A stretch of DNA of 64,000 bases from an uncultured Acidobacteriota bacterium (GTDB taxonomy: Bacteria; Acidobacteriota; Thermoanaerobaculia; UBA5066): contig CAVZYA010000001.1 of the NCBI GenBank assembly GCA_963779415.1, positions 1,856,001 to 1,920,000 of the forward strand, read 5' to 3'. This document shows positions 52,884 to 63,400 of the stretch, in pieces; position 1 is the first letter of the stretch; each line of letters starts with the position of its first letter. A program made the translations under genes and the position numbers. Under the pieces are notes generated by a model. That model was not told the DNA's origin. It saw nothing but the letters and a program-made list of their open reading frames with translations, and ran no database searches.

Positions 52884-55838
52884 TCAGTGGAGGAATGGGA
52901 TGTTGAAGGCCCGCACGAGGAAGATCGCCATCTGCCAGCGGGTCAGGGGGGTGTTCGGGCAGTACTTGCCGCCGCCGCAGCCAGCCGTGACGCCCCCCGC
53001 GTAGATGTAATGAATGAAGCGGCAGGTGCCATCCGTCGGCTGGACGTCGCCGAAGAGGGAGTTCCCTCCCGCCGTGCAGTTGTAGGAGCCGACGGAGGGG
53101 ACGGTACCGCTCGTGGGGACGGTGCCACTCGGACCGACCATTCCCACAGCCAGAAAGACGGCCATCTGGCTGCGGGTGACGTTCGAGGAGGGGCAGTACT
53201 TGCCACCGCCGCAGCCGGCGGTGATTCCCTGGGCGTAGACGTAGTGGATCGAGGGGCAGGCAGCGTCGGCCGGTGCCACGTCTCCGAAGAGGGACGTGCC
53301 ACCGGTGGTGCAGTTATAGGTTCCAACACCCGGCACGGTCCCGGACGTGGGAACCGGCACGCCGGGTCCGAGCAGGGAGCGTGCGAGGAGCACAGCCATC
53401 TGCCAGCGGGTGACGTCGCTGGCGGGACAGTAGTTGCCGCCACCGCAGCCGGCGGTGACGCCATTGTGGAAGATACTTTCGACAAAGGGGTAGGAGACGT
53501 CCGAGGTGGGCACGTCGGTGAAGCTCTTGCCAACGTGGAGAGTCCAGGTCCTGGCGACGCCGTTGCTGAGCGTCTCGAGGAAGGTGGCGTCCCAGTGGGC
53601 GGCGGGGCGGGTGGCCGGGTTGGAGACGGAGAGGCGATAGGAGGGCCCTCCGGCCGAGAAGCTGTCGGCGGTGGCGCCGGGAGCGATGGTGCCGTAGCCG
53701 GCAGCCGAATCGAGGAGGGAATAGGTCGCCCCGACAGGACCTGTGAAGGCAGAAGCCGTACCTGTGAGGGCGGCCGGGGAAGCACCGATGTTCTTCCAGG
53801 AGGCGTTGACGAGGAGGGTTTCTCCCGGCTCCAGAATCTTGTTGACGTTCGAGACCGTTCCGCCCGTGGCGTGAGCGTCCTCGACCAGACCGGCGGCCTG
53901 GACGGCGACTGTCGGTGTCTGGGTCGGCGTCGGCTCGGGTCGGCGTGGGAGTCGATGTAGAGCTCGGCGGTGGCGTCGGCGTCCGCGTCGGGGTCGGAGT
54001 CGCGGTCGGAGTGCTCGTTGGGGTCCCTGTCGGCGTGCGAGTCGGAGTTGCCGTCGCTGTCGGAGCGACTGTCGGCGTCCACGTCGGCGTGGACGTTGGG
54101 GTCCGCGTCGGCGTCGCCGTCGGCGTCCGAGTCGGCGTCGCCGTGGCTGTCGCAGCCACTGTCGGCGTCAGGGTCGGAGTGGGCGTGGGGGTCGGCGTCG
54201 CCGTCGGCGTACGAGTCGGCGTGGATGTGGGGGTCAACGTCGACGTCACCGTCGGTGTACGGGTTGGAGTCGGGGTCGCCGTGGCCGTGGGAGGGACTGT
54301 CGGCGTCCGAGTCGGAGTGGACGTCGGGGTTGGCGTCGGCGTCGGTGTATTGGTCGGAGCCGGAGTTAATGTGGGAGTAGGCGTTACGGTCGGGGTTGGC
54401 GTCGGGGAGCCTGACACCGTCAAAACGACGAAGGTGGCGAAGGCGGGTCCGGTCGACGAAGGAGCCGCATAGCCGACAGGCGTGGCCGGCGTCAGCCCCA
54501 TCATCGGCACGGAGACCGTCCCCCCGCCATATGTCCCGCTGACCACCGGTGTCCCGTAGAAGTTCTGCGCGTTGCGGATCTCGTAGGCCGCGCCTGCGCT
54601 CACGGTCCCCGTCAGGTCCACCGCCTGCGTCCCGCTCCCGTCCCAGTTGTCGACGACGATCGTCGCCCGCCCCGCCTCGTACGCGTTCGGCAGAATCGTC
54701 ACATGGTCCTGCGTCGGCGGGCTCGTCCTCGAATAGTACGTGTTGTTCGGGTAGTCGCCCGGCACAAACCCGCTCAGGTCCCCCACGAACGTGTTCCCCG
54801 TGATGGTCTCCCCGGCCCGGCAGCCGGTGCTCCCCGGCGAAAACACACCGCCGCTGACGTTCGTCAGGTAGTTCCCGGTCACCGTCACGCCCGCGCACTT
54901 CGTCGTGGAGTACCCCATCGTCAGCGTCGACAACCACGAGAAGTTCCCCGTCACCGACGTCCCACCGATGTCGAACCCGCTCTCCCCTCCCACCAGCGAC
55001 GTCCCACGCCACCACACGTTCCCGTCCACCTGCGAGTCTATGAACCCCGCCGTCCCCGATCCGTAGGCATGCAGGTTGTAGCCGAACTGGTCGAAAAGAA
55101 TGTTGTGCTTGATGACCTTCGTGCCGCCGTATCCCAGATTCTGCGCGTAGATGGCGTGCCCGTGCGGCCGGTCCGGTGCGTTCCACCCGTTGTAGTAGAT
55201 GATGTTCCCGTAGTACTCCGAGTTCGTGGATATCGACGTCAGATCCAGCCCCTCGCCCGTGTCATGGATGACGACGTTGATGATCTTCGTCCCCGGTCCC
55301 CACACCCCAATACCCGAGTCACGCGCGTCCACCGGGTTCGACCCCGGCGTCGGGTTCCACCGGTTCGGGTTCGAGTCCATCACCTCGAACCCCCAGTACC
55401 ATGTGTACGCCCCGTTACCTTGAGAATCCAGCCGTCGGTACCGAGAACCTCGGGGTTCACGTTCCCGTCCAGCGTCGCCCGCTCCCCCGGATACTGCCGC
55501 ACCACGATCGGCAGGTCCGACGTCCCCGTCAGAGAGCTCGTGAACAGTCCCGTATACGTCCCCCCACGCAGCCAGATCGTGTCCCCGGGATGCACCGCCG
55601 ATGGCTGCGACAGCGCCGTCTGAAGTGCCCACGGATTCGATATCGTCCCCGTCCCCGGCCCCGTGCCCGTCGTCCCCGTCGGTGAAACGTAGAAGTCACT
55701 GACGGAAGCTGGAGTCGTGAACGACGTCAGAAGAAGGAGGCACGCCAAAACCAACCAGGCGGTCGGATTGAATCTCGAGCTGCCCTGGCGGATCCGAAAC
55801 TCAGCGATAGGAAGAGTCCTCTCTTCAGAGGGTAGCAT
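52884..55838 (-). CDS. Beta-helix + Pro/Thr linker + Cys-rich SLH x3 surface protein (frameshifts ~55416 and ~53935)
   Basis: Three ORF pieces joined; beta-helix nearly identical to 47400-48680; SLH nearly identical to 45866-46700. Confidence 0.85.
53900..54410 (-). repeat. Pro/Thr-rich low-complexity linker
   Basis: [12 protein letters not shown]...[11 protein letters not shown] repeats; distal part shared with 49985-50130. Confidence 0.9.
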
Positions 55839-55926
55839 CTGCCGCTAACCCTAGGAGCCGTGGAATCCTTCTGCTACTGGCCCGGCGTCGAAAAAAGGCT
55901 CAGGAAGGACAGTACGTCTTGGCCTG

Positions 55927-57489
55927 TTATGAAGGACAGGGCGGATGGTGACGAGCCAAGTGTCCTCGCCCCAACGGAAGTTCGTCGCGGCTGCCTACCG
56001 AGCCCCCGGTTCGACCGAACCGCCACCTCGAGAACGAGAGCCCCGCTGGACCCACACTCGGCGAGAAGGCCCCTCCGATCGCTTGTCTTATGAAAAACGG
56101 CAGGACAACCAGAATCAAGAGTGACGCCTGTGCCAGAAATCGGCTCCAAGTGTGCCTTGCCAGCCAACCGGGATTCGGGTGGATCCCATATGCGACGCAG
56201 CCCACTGCCAAAGGAGCCAGCGCCACTAGCAGCAGAATTCGGCAGAATTGATACCGAAGTGCCCGCCGTCCCGCAATGAAAGCAAGTGCTGCGACGGCCC
56301 AGAAGATGCTCCACTTCTGTGGATTGAAGGTTTCGCTGACCATTTCGGGCGCCGCACGAAATAGTCGGGGGAAGAACTCGATGTATGTCGACACTTTCGA
56401 CAACGGTGTCACAAAATCTTCCATCGTAGCGGGAATCCGCGCTGACCACGACATTCGCAGTGCGAGAGCCGAAAGGACTGCGAGACCTGCCAAGGCCAGC
56501 CTTGCCATCAGAACGGTGGCCCTTTGGGGGCGAACACGTCGAGTCACAAGTGGAAGGGCCATGACCGAGCCGGCTGCGACCGCTACGACCGCCAGCACAA
56601 GTCCTTCTTGTTTTGTCAAAACGCAGGCCGCAAGCAGCGCACCTGCAGCGATTGCTGATGAGAACAAATTCCGATCGTCGAATAGAAGGAGTATTCCGGC
56701 GCTGAAAAAACAAGCAAGCGGGAAATCGGAGTACGTTCCCGGCGCTCCGCCATTACTCCAAAATGCAAGAAAAGGGACGGTCGATGCCATCAGCACCGCC
56801 GTCGCCGCCAGACGGCGTCCCGCCAAGCGTGCAGCGCCCTCATAGACAATCAGAAGGGACACCGGAAAGAACGCCGCGTAAACAGGCCGAAAGACGCGTT
56901 CGTCTTCATTCGTCGTAACGACTTGCTGGATGGCGACCTGGGCGAGAGGGAGCAGGAGCGGGTATCCCCGGTTCCACACGTACCACTGCGGCTCCCGTAG
57001 GACCCTTGGGGTGACACTCTGCTCTGCTCGAACGTACTTCGCCTGAAGACACCACGTGATCCGGCCATCTGCATCCGTCACCGGGTTCGTCATCGCGTCA
57101 ATCAGGACTCCCAGCGACACGAGGATACCTACCGCTGTGACCACCCCGAGGAGCGGATCCCGTATCGCATGCCTCCACGACCGGTAGCCTGTTTTCAAAT
57201 CGCGAGCCACTCGATGTCGACCACAGAGCCAATGGATCAACCCCAGGGCGCCCGGAACGAAAACAATCGAGAGAATGACCCGCCTTCCGAAACCGAGGTG
57301 GAGGAAGTGGGAACTGACATACATCGCTCCGGCCACATAGGCCACACCAAGCAGATAGCTGTAGGCCAGGCGAGTTGGCAGTGGGCGTCTCCGAAGCGCT
57401 GTCAACAGCTCCGAAAGTCCGAGGCCGGCGGTCAGAAACAGCGCCACCCCGCCGATGCCGAAGGCGAACCGTAGCAGACCGCTCGTCAT
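55927..57489 (-). CDS. GT-C-fold membrane glycosyltransferase, paralogue of 13447-14925
   Basis: Colinear similarity (LLRFAFG, RGYPLLLPLAQVAIQQ, LTKQEG, WSRFLAQAS); ATGA overlap. Confidence 0.75.
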   Translation of the reverse strand: MTSGLLRFAFGIGGVALFLTAGLGLSELLTALRRRPLPTRLAYSYLLGVAYVAGAMYVSSHFLHLGFGRRVILSIVFVPGALGLIHWLCGRHRVARDLKTGYRSWRHAIRDPLLGVVTAVGILVSLGVLIDAMTNPVTDADGRITWCLQAKYVRAEQSVTPRVLREPQWYVWNRGYPLLLPLAQVAIQQVVTTNEDERVFRPVYAAFFPVSLLIVYEGAARLAGRRLAATAVLMASTVPFLAFWSNGGAPGTYSDFPLACFFSAGILLLFDDRNLFSSAIAAGALLAACVLTKQEGLVLAVVAVAAGSVMALPLVTRRVRPQRATVLMARLALAGLAVLSALALRMSWSARIPATMEDFVTPLSKVSTYIEFFPRLFRAAPEMVSETFNPQKWSIFWAVAALAFIAGRRALRYQFCRILLLVALAPLAVGCVAYGIHPNPGWLARHTWSRFLAQASLLILVVLPFFIRQAIGGAFSPSVGPAGLSFSRWRFGRTGGSVGSRDELPLGRGHLARHHPPCPS

Positions 57490-58004
57490 CGGGTAGACGG
57501 CACGGCACTTTCGCCTTGTACAGGCCGTCTTCCCCGATTTGCCGGGAAGAGCAGCCTTGTGGTGGCGAGTCGCGGCACCATTCCCCGGCTGCGGGCGATT
57601 ACGGCAAATTCTGGCATTCCTTCGGCTGATCCCGTAGTTGGTCCATCTCCCTGCGCAAGCGCGACTGCGGATTGGTCCAGGAAGAGTGCACGTCTTGGCG
57701 CCAGGTCGTAGCGGATCCAAAGCTCCGAATCGTCGTCCGCGCCTTGGTCTTTTACTAACAAGTACTCGCCGTCTGGCGGGATCGATTTACGAATAGCCTC
57801 TATGCTATCCACATACTCGGCTCCGAAAAGACGCTTGCGCGATTCGATCAACCCCTCGTGCCGAAGCTCCCACCCCTGCTTGATTCTTCTGAGAGTCCTC
57901 ATCAAGGCGCCGGGAGCATTGAGGCTCAGGAAAAGTGCCAGCACCACAAAGAAACCGATTCGCGCGGCTTTCTGTGTGGCCGAGGGTCCGGCAAGCAGAG
58001 GCAT
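57486..58004 (-). CDS. Hypothetical membrane-anchored protein, paralogue of 12932-13450
   Basis: Same length (172 aa) and colinear similarity. Confidence 0.75.
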   Translation of the reverse strand: MPLLAGPSATQKAARIGFFVVLALFLSLNAPGALMRTLRRIKQGWELRHEGLIESRKRLFGAEYVDSIEAIRKSIPPDGEYLLVKDQGADDDSELWIRYDLAPRRALFLDQSAVALAQGDGPTTGSAEGMPEFAVIARSRGMVPRLATTRLLFPANRGRRPVQGESAVPSTR

Positions 58005-58210
58005 TTCTTGAAATCATATCCTCTCTGCCTCCGCAGTTGGGGTTCGTCAGAGTTCTCTCCAGAAGGTCTACGGGCGCGCCGTGCGGCTCACCTCTTCTTG
58101 CTTCTCGACGTCCTCGCGTTTCCGTTGACAGGCGATCAGCCGGGGCGTCCGTGGAGGACTATTTTGAACGGCAGAGCAACCGCCCGCCATGCTGTGGTGA
58201 CCGGTCCGCC

Positions 58211-59552
58211 CTACGCCACCTTCAGCCAGCGCCAGAGCTCCGGAATCGTGGGGCGCTTGCCGTAGGCGAGGAGGCCGACGCGGAAGATCTTCGCCGTGAC
58301 CCAGAAGAAGCCGAGGATCGTCCCGATCGCGAGGAGGATCGAGAGCCCCACCTGCCAGAGAGGGGGCTCGGAGACGAGCACCCGGATGAACATCGTGATC
58401 GGCGTGTAGATCGGGATCAGGGAGAGCGCCGTCGAGAAGGCCGAGTCGGGGTTCATGATGATCGGCATGACGAGGAACCAGGGGACCATCATGACGATCA
58501 TCACGGGCGTGAGGACCTGCTGGGCCTCCTTCTCCGACGTCACGATCGCGCCCCCGACGGCGTAGATGCAGACGTTGATCAGGTAGCCGAGGACGAAGAA
58601 GACGATGAACCAGAGGGCGAGCGCCGGCCGGAGGAACTGGCCGAGGTTGACCCCCGCCGCGAGCGCCGCCGCGGCGCCGTAAGCCGCGATCGCGCCTCCC
58701 ATCGCGACCCAGATCGTGATCTGCGTCAGGCCGACCGCCGCCATCCCGAGGATCTTTCCCGAGAGAAGCTCGAACGGCGTCATCGAGGAGACGAGGATCT
58801 CGACGATCCGGTCGGTCTTCTCCTGGATGATCCCGCGCATCACCTCCTGACCGTGGAGGAGGACCGGCAGGAAGATGAGGAGGACGAAGACGAAGCCGAC
58901 GAGGAAGTTCATCTCTCCCCCCGTCTTCTCCTCGCCCGCTTTCGTCAGCTGGACGGCCTCGACGCGGAGGTCCCTGAGAAGCGAGTCGATCTCCGAGGGG
59001 TTCACCCCGCGCCCGACGAGGCGCTCCCGCGAGAGGGCGCGATTGACGACGCGGCCGAGCCGCTCCTGGACGATGAGGTCGGTCGACGAGCGGCTGTAGT
59101 ACGTCATCGAGAGGGACGAGTCGGCGAAAGCGCCGGCCGGGACGATGAAGACGCCGTCCAGCCGGTCGGCGTCCCGTTCCGCGTGGAGGCGCTCGAGGAG
59201 CGGCGCGGCCACGTCCTTCGGGTTCTTCCCGGAGGCATCCACGTAATCGGCCCGGACGCTCCCCGGAAGCGGCGCCCGCCGGTGGTCCGGTTTCTCGAGG
59301 TTCTGCGTCGCCGTCTTGAGGGCGTCCACCGGCTCCGGTGCCCGGAGCGCCTCGGTCACCGAGGTGCCGAGCCGCCCGGTCCCGTCCACGACGACGACGT
59401 GCTTTCTCCCCGATCCCTCTCACGGCGAAGAGGCTCGGCACGATCATCAGCGCCCCGAAGAGGAACGGCGTCAGGACGGTCATGATGAGGAAAGACTTCT
59501 TCCGGACCGCCTGCACGTACTCGCGCTTGAAGACCGCCCGGATCTTCTTCAT
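58211..59552 (-). CDS. ABC-2 type exporter permease (NatB/YhaP-like); frameshift near 59405
   Basis: KREY..VRKKSFLIMTVLTP; IQEKTDRIVEILVSS..P.ELL.GKILG; LSLIP..TP..M..R. Confidence 0.85.
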
Positions 59553-60475
59553 GCCGCGGCCGTCCCTTCCGGCGCGAGCGTCGACTCCCCCACCTTCTCG
59601 ATGAAGATCTCCTCGAGGGAGGGGGAGACGACCTCGAACCGTCGGATCCGGAGGCGAGGCAACGCCGCTTCGAGGAGCGTCTGCGGATCGACCCCCGCCG
59701 CGAGGACCAGCTCGGCCCGGTTCGTGTCGACGCGCCCGCCGGCGACGCCCGCGAGTGACGTCAGGAACGCCCCGTCGCCGTCGAACTCGAGATGGACGGC
59801 GTTCTTCCCCGAAGAGGCACGGACGTCGGCGAGAGTCCCGTCGAGGACGACCCGCCCGCGGTGGATCAGGACGATCTCCTCGGCCAGCTTCTCGGCCTCG
59901 GCCATCTGGTGGGTGGAGAGAAGGATGGTCTTCCCTTCCGCCTTCAGCTCGAGGAGAAGCCTCCGGACGAGCACGACGTTCACCGGGTCGAGGCCCGCCA
60001 TCGGCTCGTCGAGGATGAGGATCTCCGGATCGTGGAGGAGCGCGCCGACGAGCTGGATCTTCTGCTGGTTTCCCTTCGACAGCTCCTCGACCCTCACCTC
60101 CCGGCGGTCCCACAGCTCGAAGCGCGTCAGCCACCTCTCGGCGCTCGCCCTCACGGCCGCGCCGGTCCGTCCCTTGATCTCCGCGAGGAAGAGGAGCAGC
60201 TCGAGGACCTTCATCTTCCGGTAGAGCCCCCTCTCCTCGGGGAGATACCCGACGCGGTCCCGCGCGGCCTCGACGCTCCCGCCGAAGAGCGAGATCGCCC
60301 CCCGGTCCGGAAGGAAGACCCCGTTGATCATCCGGAGCGTCGTCGTCTTCCCGGCGCCGTTCCGGCCGAGGAGACCGGCGATCGTCCCGCGGCGGATCCC
60401 GAACGAAACGCCGTCCACCGCCTTCACGTCGCCGAAGGTCTTGACGACATCGTTCACGGAGATGACGGTGTCCAC
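59549..60475 (-). CDS. ABC-2 type exporter ATP-binding protein (NatA/YhaQ-like)
   Basis: GRNGAGKTT, GYLPEERGLY, LSKGNQQK, LDEP, PSLEEIF. Confidence 0.92.
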   Translation of the reverse strand: MDTVISVNDVVKTFGDVKAVDGVSFGIRRGTIAGLLGRNGAGKTTTLRMINGVFLPDRGAISLFGGSVEAARDRVGYLPEERGLYRKMKVLELLLFLAEIKGRTGAAVRASAERWLTRFELWDRREVRVEELSKGNQQKIQLVGALLHDPEILILDEPMAGLDPVNVVLVRRLLLELKAEGKTILLSTHQMAEAEKLAEEIVLIHRGRVVLDGTLADVRASSGKNAVHLEFDGDGAFLTSLAGVAGGRVDTNRAELVLAAGVDPQTLLEAALPRLRIRRFEVVSPSLEEIFIEKVGESTLAPEGTAAA

Positions 60476-60557
60476 GGACCCCAATCGTACGGCACCGGAT
60501 TCGAAGGGCCCTTCCGGCTCTCTCGACCCTCTGCTACCGTCGTTTCCGGAGGTGCCC

Positions 60558-61526
60558 GTGCTCGTCTTCGTCCTTCTTTCGCTCCTCGCCGCGCCCCCCG
60601 CCGCTCCGGGAGAGGACGCCCGGATCCGGACGCTCAAGAGCGAGCTGGACCGGATCGCCGACGCCTCGGACGGGACGCTCGGCGTCTCGATCGTGGAGGT
60701 CGCCTCCGGGAAGAGCGTCTCTCACCAGGGCGGGGAGCCGTTTCCCATGGCGAGCGTCTTCAAGCTGCCGGTCGCCGTCGTCCTCCTTTCGCGCGTCGAC
60801 GCCGGCGCCCTGACGCTCGACGAGAAGCTTCCCGTGACCCGGGGCGATCTCCGGCCGCGGGGACCGGTCTTCGATCGATGGAAACCGGGGGTCTCGCTCA
60901 CCGTCGGCGAGCTTCTGGACGACATGATGGTGGCGAGCGACAACAGCGCGGCCGATCTCCTCGTCCGGCGGCTCGGCGGGACGAAGGCCGTGCGCGAGGG
61001 CCTTTCCGCCCTCGGCCTCTCCGGAATCGACGTCAAGGAGACCGAGCTTCAGATGTGGCTTCTTTCCGACGGCGTCACGGAGGTTCCGGCCGACCTCCGG
61101 ATGACCCCCGAGGCGCTGAAGGCACACGTCGCGAAGGTGCCTCTCGGCGACCGGAAGAAGGCCGAACAGGCGTACGAGAAGAGACCGGGCAACGTGGGGA
61201 CTCCGGAGGCACTCACGCGCCTCCTCGTCCGTCTCGAGAAGAGAGAGCTGCTGTCGCCGGCCTCGACGGACCGCCTTCTTTCGGCCATGAGTCGGTGCGC
61301 GACGGGGGATAAGCGGATTCGCTCCGGCGTCCCGAAGGGGAGCGAGGTCTTCGACAAAACGGGGACGATCGGGCGCTGCGCAAACGACGTCGCTCTCGTC
61401 CGGCTCCCGGGCGGACCGACGCTCGCCATCTCCGTCTTCCTCCGAAGCTCTTACCTCGGCGAGGCCGAGCGCGAGGCCGTACTCGCGCAAGTCGCCCGGG
61501 CGGCGGCGTCGGCGTTCGGCCGGTGA
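60558..61526 (+). CDS. Class A beta-lactamase-family serine hydrolase
   Basis: Signal peptide; FPMASVFK (SxxK), SDN, candidate omega-loop E in KETELQ, DKTG, NDV. Confidence 0.85.
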   Translation: MLVFVLLSLLAAPPAAPGEDARIRTLKSELDRIADASDGTLGVSIVEVASGKSVSHQGGEPFPMASVFKLPVAVVLLSRVDAGALTLDEKLPVTRGDLRPRGPVFDRWKPGVSLTVGELLDDMMVASDNSAADLLVRRLGGTKAVREGLSALGLSGIDVKETELQMWLLSDGVTEVPADLRMTPEALKAHVAKVPLGDRKKAEQAYEKRPGNVGTPEALTRLLVRLEKRELLSPASTDRLLSAMSRCATGDKRIRSGVPKGSEVFDKTGTIGRCANDVALVRLPGGPTLAISVFLRSSYLGEAEREAVLAQVARAAASAFGR

Positions 61527-61551
61527 GGCCCTTCCGGGGATAATCCCGTCC

Positions 61552-62112
61552 GTGCAGGTGGAATCCCTCGCGCCCCCCTATCTCCTTCTCGCTTCCCCGG
61601 CGATGCAGGACCCGAATTTCGCCAACTCCGTCGTCCTGATGGGGCATCACACGAAGGACGGCGCGCTCGGCTGGATCGTCAACCGGGTTCTCGGAGTCGC
61701 CCCGGCCGAGCTGCTCGCGCCCCCTCTCGGGACGGCCGTCCATCCGGAGACGCCGATCCGGGTTGGAGGGCCCGTCCTCTCGAACGGGCTCGTCGTCGTC
61801 TTCCGCCGCGAGGTGGAGGGGATCGAGCAGGTCGAGATGGCCCCCGGGATCCGCGTCTCCGCCTCGGCCGAGATCCTCCCCAGGCTCTTCTCCGAGTTCC
61901 GCGCCGCTCCCGACGGGCTCCTCCTTCTCGGTTACTCGGGATGGGGTCCGGAACAGCTCGAGCACGAGATGGAGGAGGGGGCGTGGCTCATCCTTCCCTA
62001 CGATGAGTCCTTCGCCTTCACGAACGACACGGAAGGGCTCTGGGAGCGCGCGCTCGCCCGGCTCGGCGCCAGCCCGGCGAACGTCTCGTCCTTCCCGGGC
62101 GGCGTGAGCTGA
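61552..62112 (+). CDS. YqgE/AlgH (UPF0301) family protein
   Basis: LLASP.MQDPNF..SVV, G.IVNR, GGPV, GYSGW...QLE.E...GAW. Confidence 0.9.
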   Translation: MQVESLAPPYLLLASPAMQDPNFANSVVLMGHHTKDGALGWIVNRVLGVAPAELLAPPLGTAVHPETPIRVGGPVLSNGLVVVFRREVEGIEQVEMAPGIRVSASAEILPRLFSEFRAAPDGLLLLGYSGWGPEQLEHEMEEGAWLILPYDESFAFTNDTEGLWERALARLGASPANVSSFPGGVS

Positions 62113-62122
62113 CCCCCCTCCC

Positions 62123-62530
62123 TCAGCCCCGCTCGTAGCGCTCGTCGACGACGACGTCGGGGTGGAGCGAACGGCGGACGGGGCAGCTCTTCCCGGCGTT
62201 CTGGAGTTTCCAGAGCTCCTCGTCGCTGCAGGGCGAGTGGATGCGAAAGCGGGCGACCAGCTTCGCGATCCGTCGGGGTGGCTCCGACGTCATCACCTTC
62301 TCGACGGAGAAGTCGATCCCGTCGAGCGGAATCCCGCGTCGCTTCGCGTAGAGGCCGATCGTCGTCGCCACGCACGAGGCGAAAGACGCCGCGCAGAGGT
62401 CCGTCGGCGAGAAGGTGCTCCCGTCGCCGCCGTTGTCCTTCGGCGCCATCGTCGCGATCGAGGAGGAAGATTCGTGCGTGAGGGTGGTGGTCGTGGGCGA
62501 CGTGAGTCGGCCCGTGATGCGGACGCTCAT
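62123..62530 (-). CDS. OsmC family protein
   Basis: APKDNGGDG..FSPTDL...ASC and CPVRRSLHPD. Confidence 0.9.
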   Translation of the reverse strand: MSVRITGRLTSPTTTTLTHESSSSIATMAPKDNGGDGSTFSPTDLCAASFASCVATTIGLYAKRRGIPLDGIDFSVEKVMTSEPPRRIAKLVARFRIHSPCSDEELWKLQNAGKSCPVRRSLHPDVVVDERYERG

Positions 62531-62539
62531 GGCGGCATC

Positions 62540-63400
62540 CTACGGCCGACCCGGGAGGGCGAGAAGCGCCGCGGGGTCGATCCGGGCGCTCCCGAGCCGC
62601 GCCGCCCAGTGGAGGTGCGGCCCCGTGGCGCGCCCGGTCGCCCCGACCGCGCCGAGGAGCTGGCCGGCGGCCACCGTCTCTCCCTCCTTCACGTCGAGAC
62701 GCGAGAGATGGAAGTACATCGTGAAGAGCCCCTCGCCATGATCGAGAACGACGCTCCCGCCCGAGAAGTAGAAATTCCCGGCGAGGGCGACACGCCCTCC
62801 GGCGGCCGCGACGACGGGCGCCCCCGCGGGCGCGGCCACGTCGAGCCCCGCGTGGCGCGAGCGGGTCCTTCCGTTGAAGACGCGGCGCGCTCCGAAGTTC
62901 CGCATCTCCCCGACGGCCGGCCGCCGGAACCCTCCGGTCCAGAGCGGGCCCGGAGGCGACGAGGCGAAGGCGCGGGCGAACGCTTCCCGCTCCCGCCCGA
63001 TCCGTTCCATCTCCTCCAGTGGAGGCTCGACGTATTTCGGGTCGATCCTCAGCTTCTGAACGGCGAACTTCCGCGCCGCGACCGTGAGCGTCGCCGAGGC
63101 CGTCGTCTCCGCTCCCGACGCGTCACGCCCTTCGAAGCGGATCGACCGCTTCCCGGGCGTCGCCTCGAAGTCGACGCCGAAAAGCCCCGAAAAGCGCAGA
63201 CCGCTCGCGTCGGCGACGAGAGCGAGGCGGCGCTCCCCGTCGACGAGAACGACCCCCGAGAGCGGCGCGTCGCCCGCCGCCTCGACGCGGACGATCGCTC
63301 CCTGCGGGGCCGTCCTCGGCGTCAGCGTCACGCGTAGCGTCGATCCGGAGGCCGGACGGGCCGCAAGCGCCACGGCGAAGAGAAGCGCGGCACCTCTCAT
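62540..63400 (-). CDS. M23 family metallopeptidase
   Basis: Signal peptide; HAGLD, YFHLS, TGPHLHW. Confidence 0.92.
   Translation of the reverse strand: MRGAALLFAVALAARPASGSTLRVTLTPRTAPQGAIVRVEAAGDAPLSGVVLVDGERRLALVADASGLRFSGLFGVDFEATPGKRSIRFEGRDASGAETTASATLTVAARKFAVQKLRIDPKYVEPPLEEMERIGREREAFARAFASSPPGPLWTGGFRRPAVGEMRNFGARRVFNGRTRSRHAGLDVAAPAGAPVVAAAGGRVALAGNFYFSGGSVVLDHGEGLFTMYFHLSRLDVKEGETVAAGQLLGAVGATGRATGPHLHWAARLGSARIDPAALLALPGRP

Noticed and set aside
49985-54410. Periodic GTCGGC-rich repeats resembling a CRISPR array
   Set aside because: They are in-frame Pro/Thr codon repeats inside genes; there are no unique spacers and no cas genes
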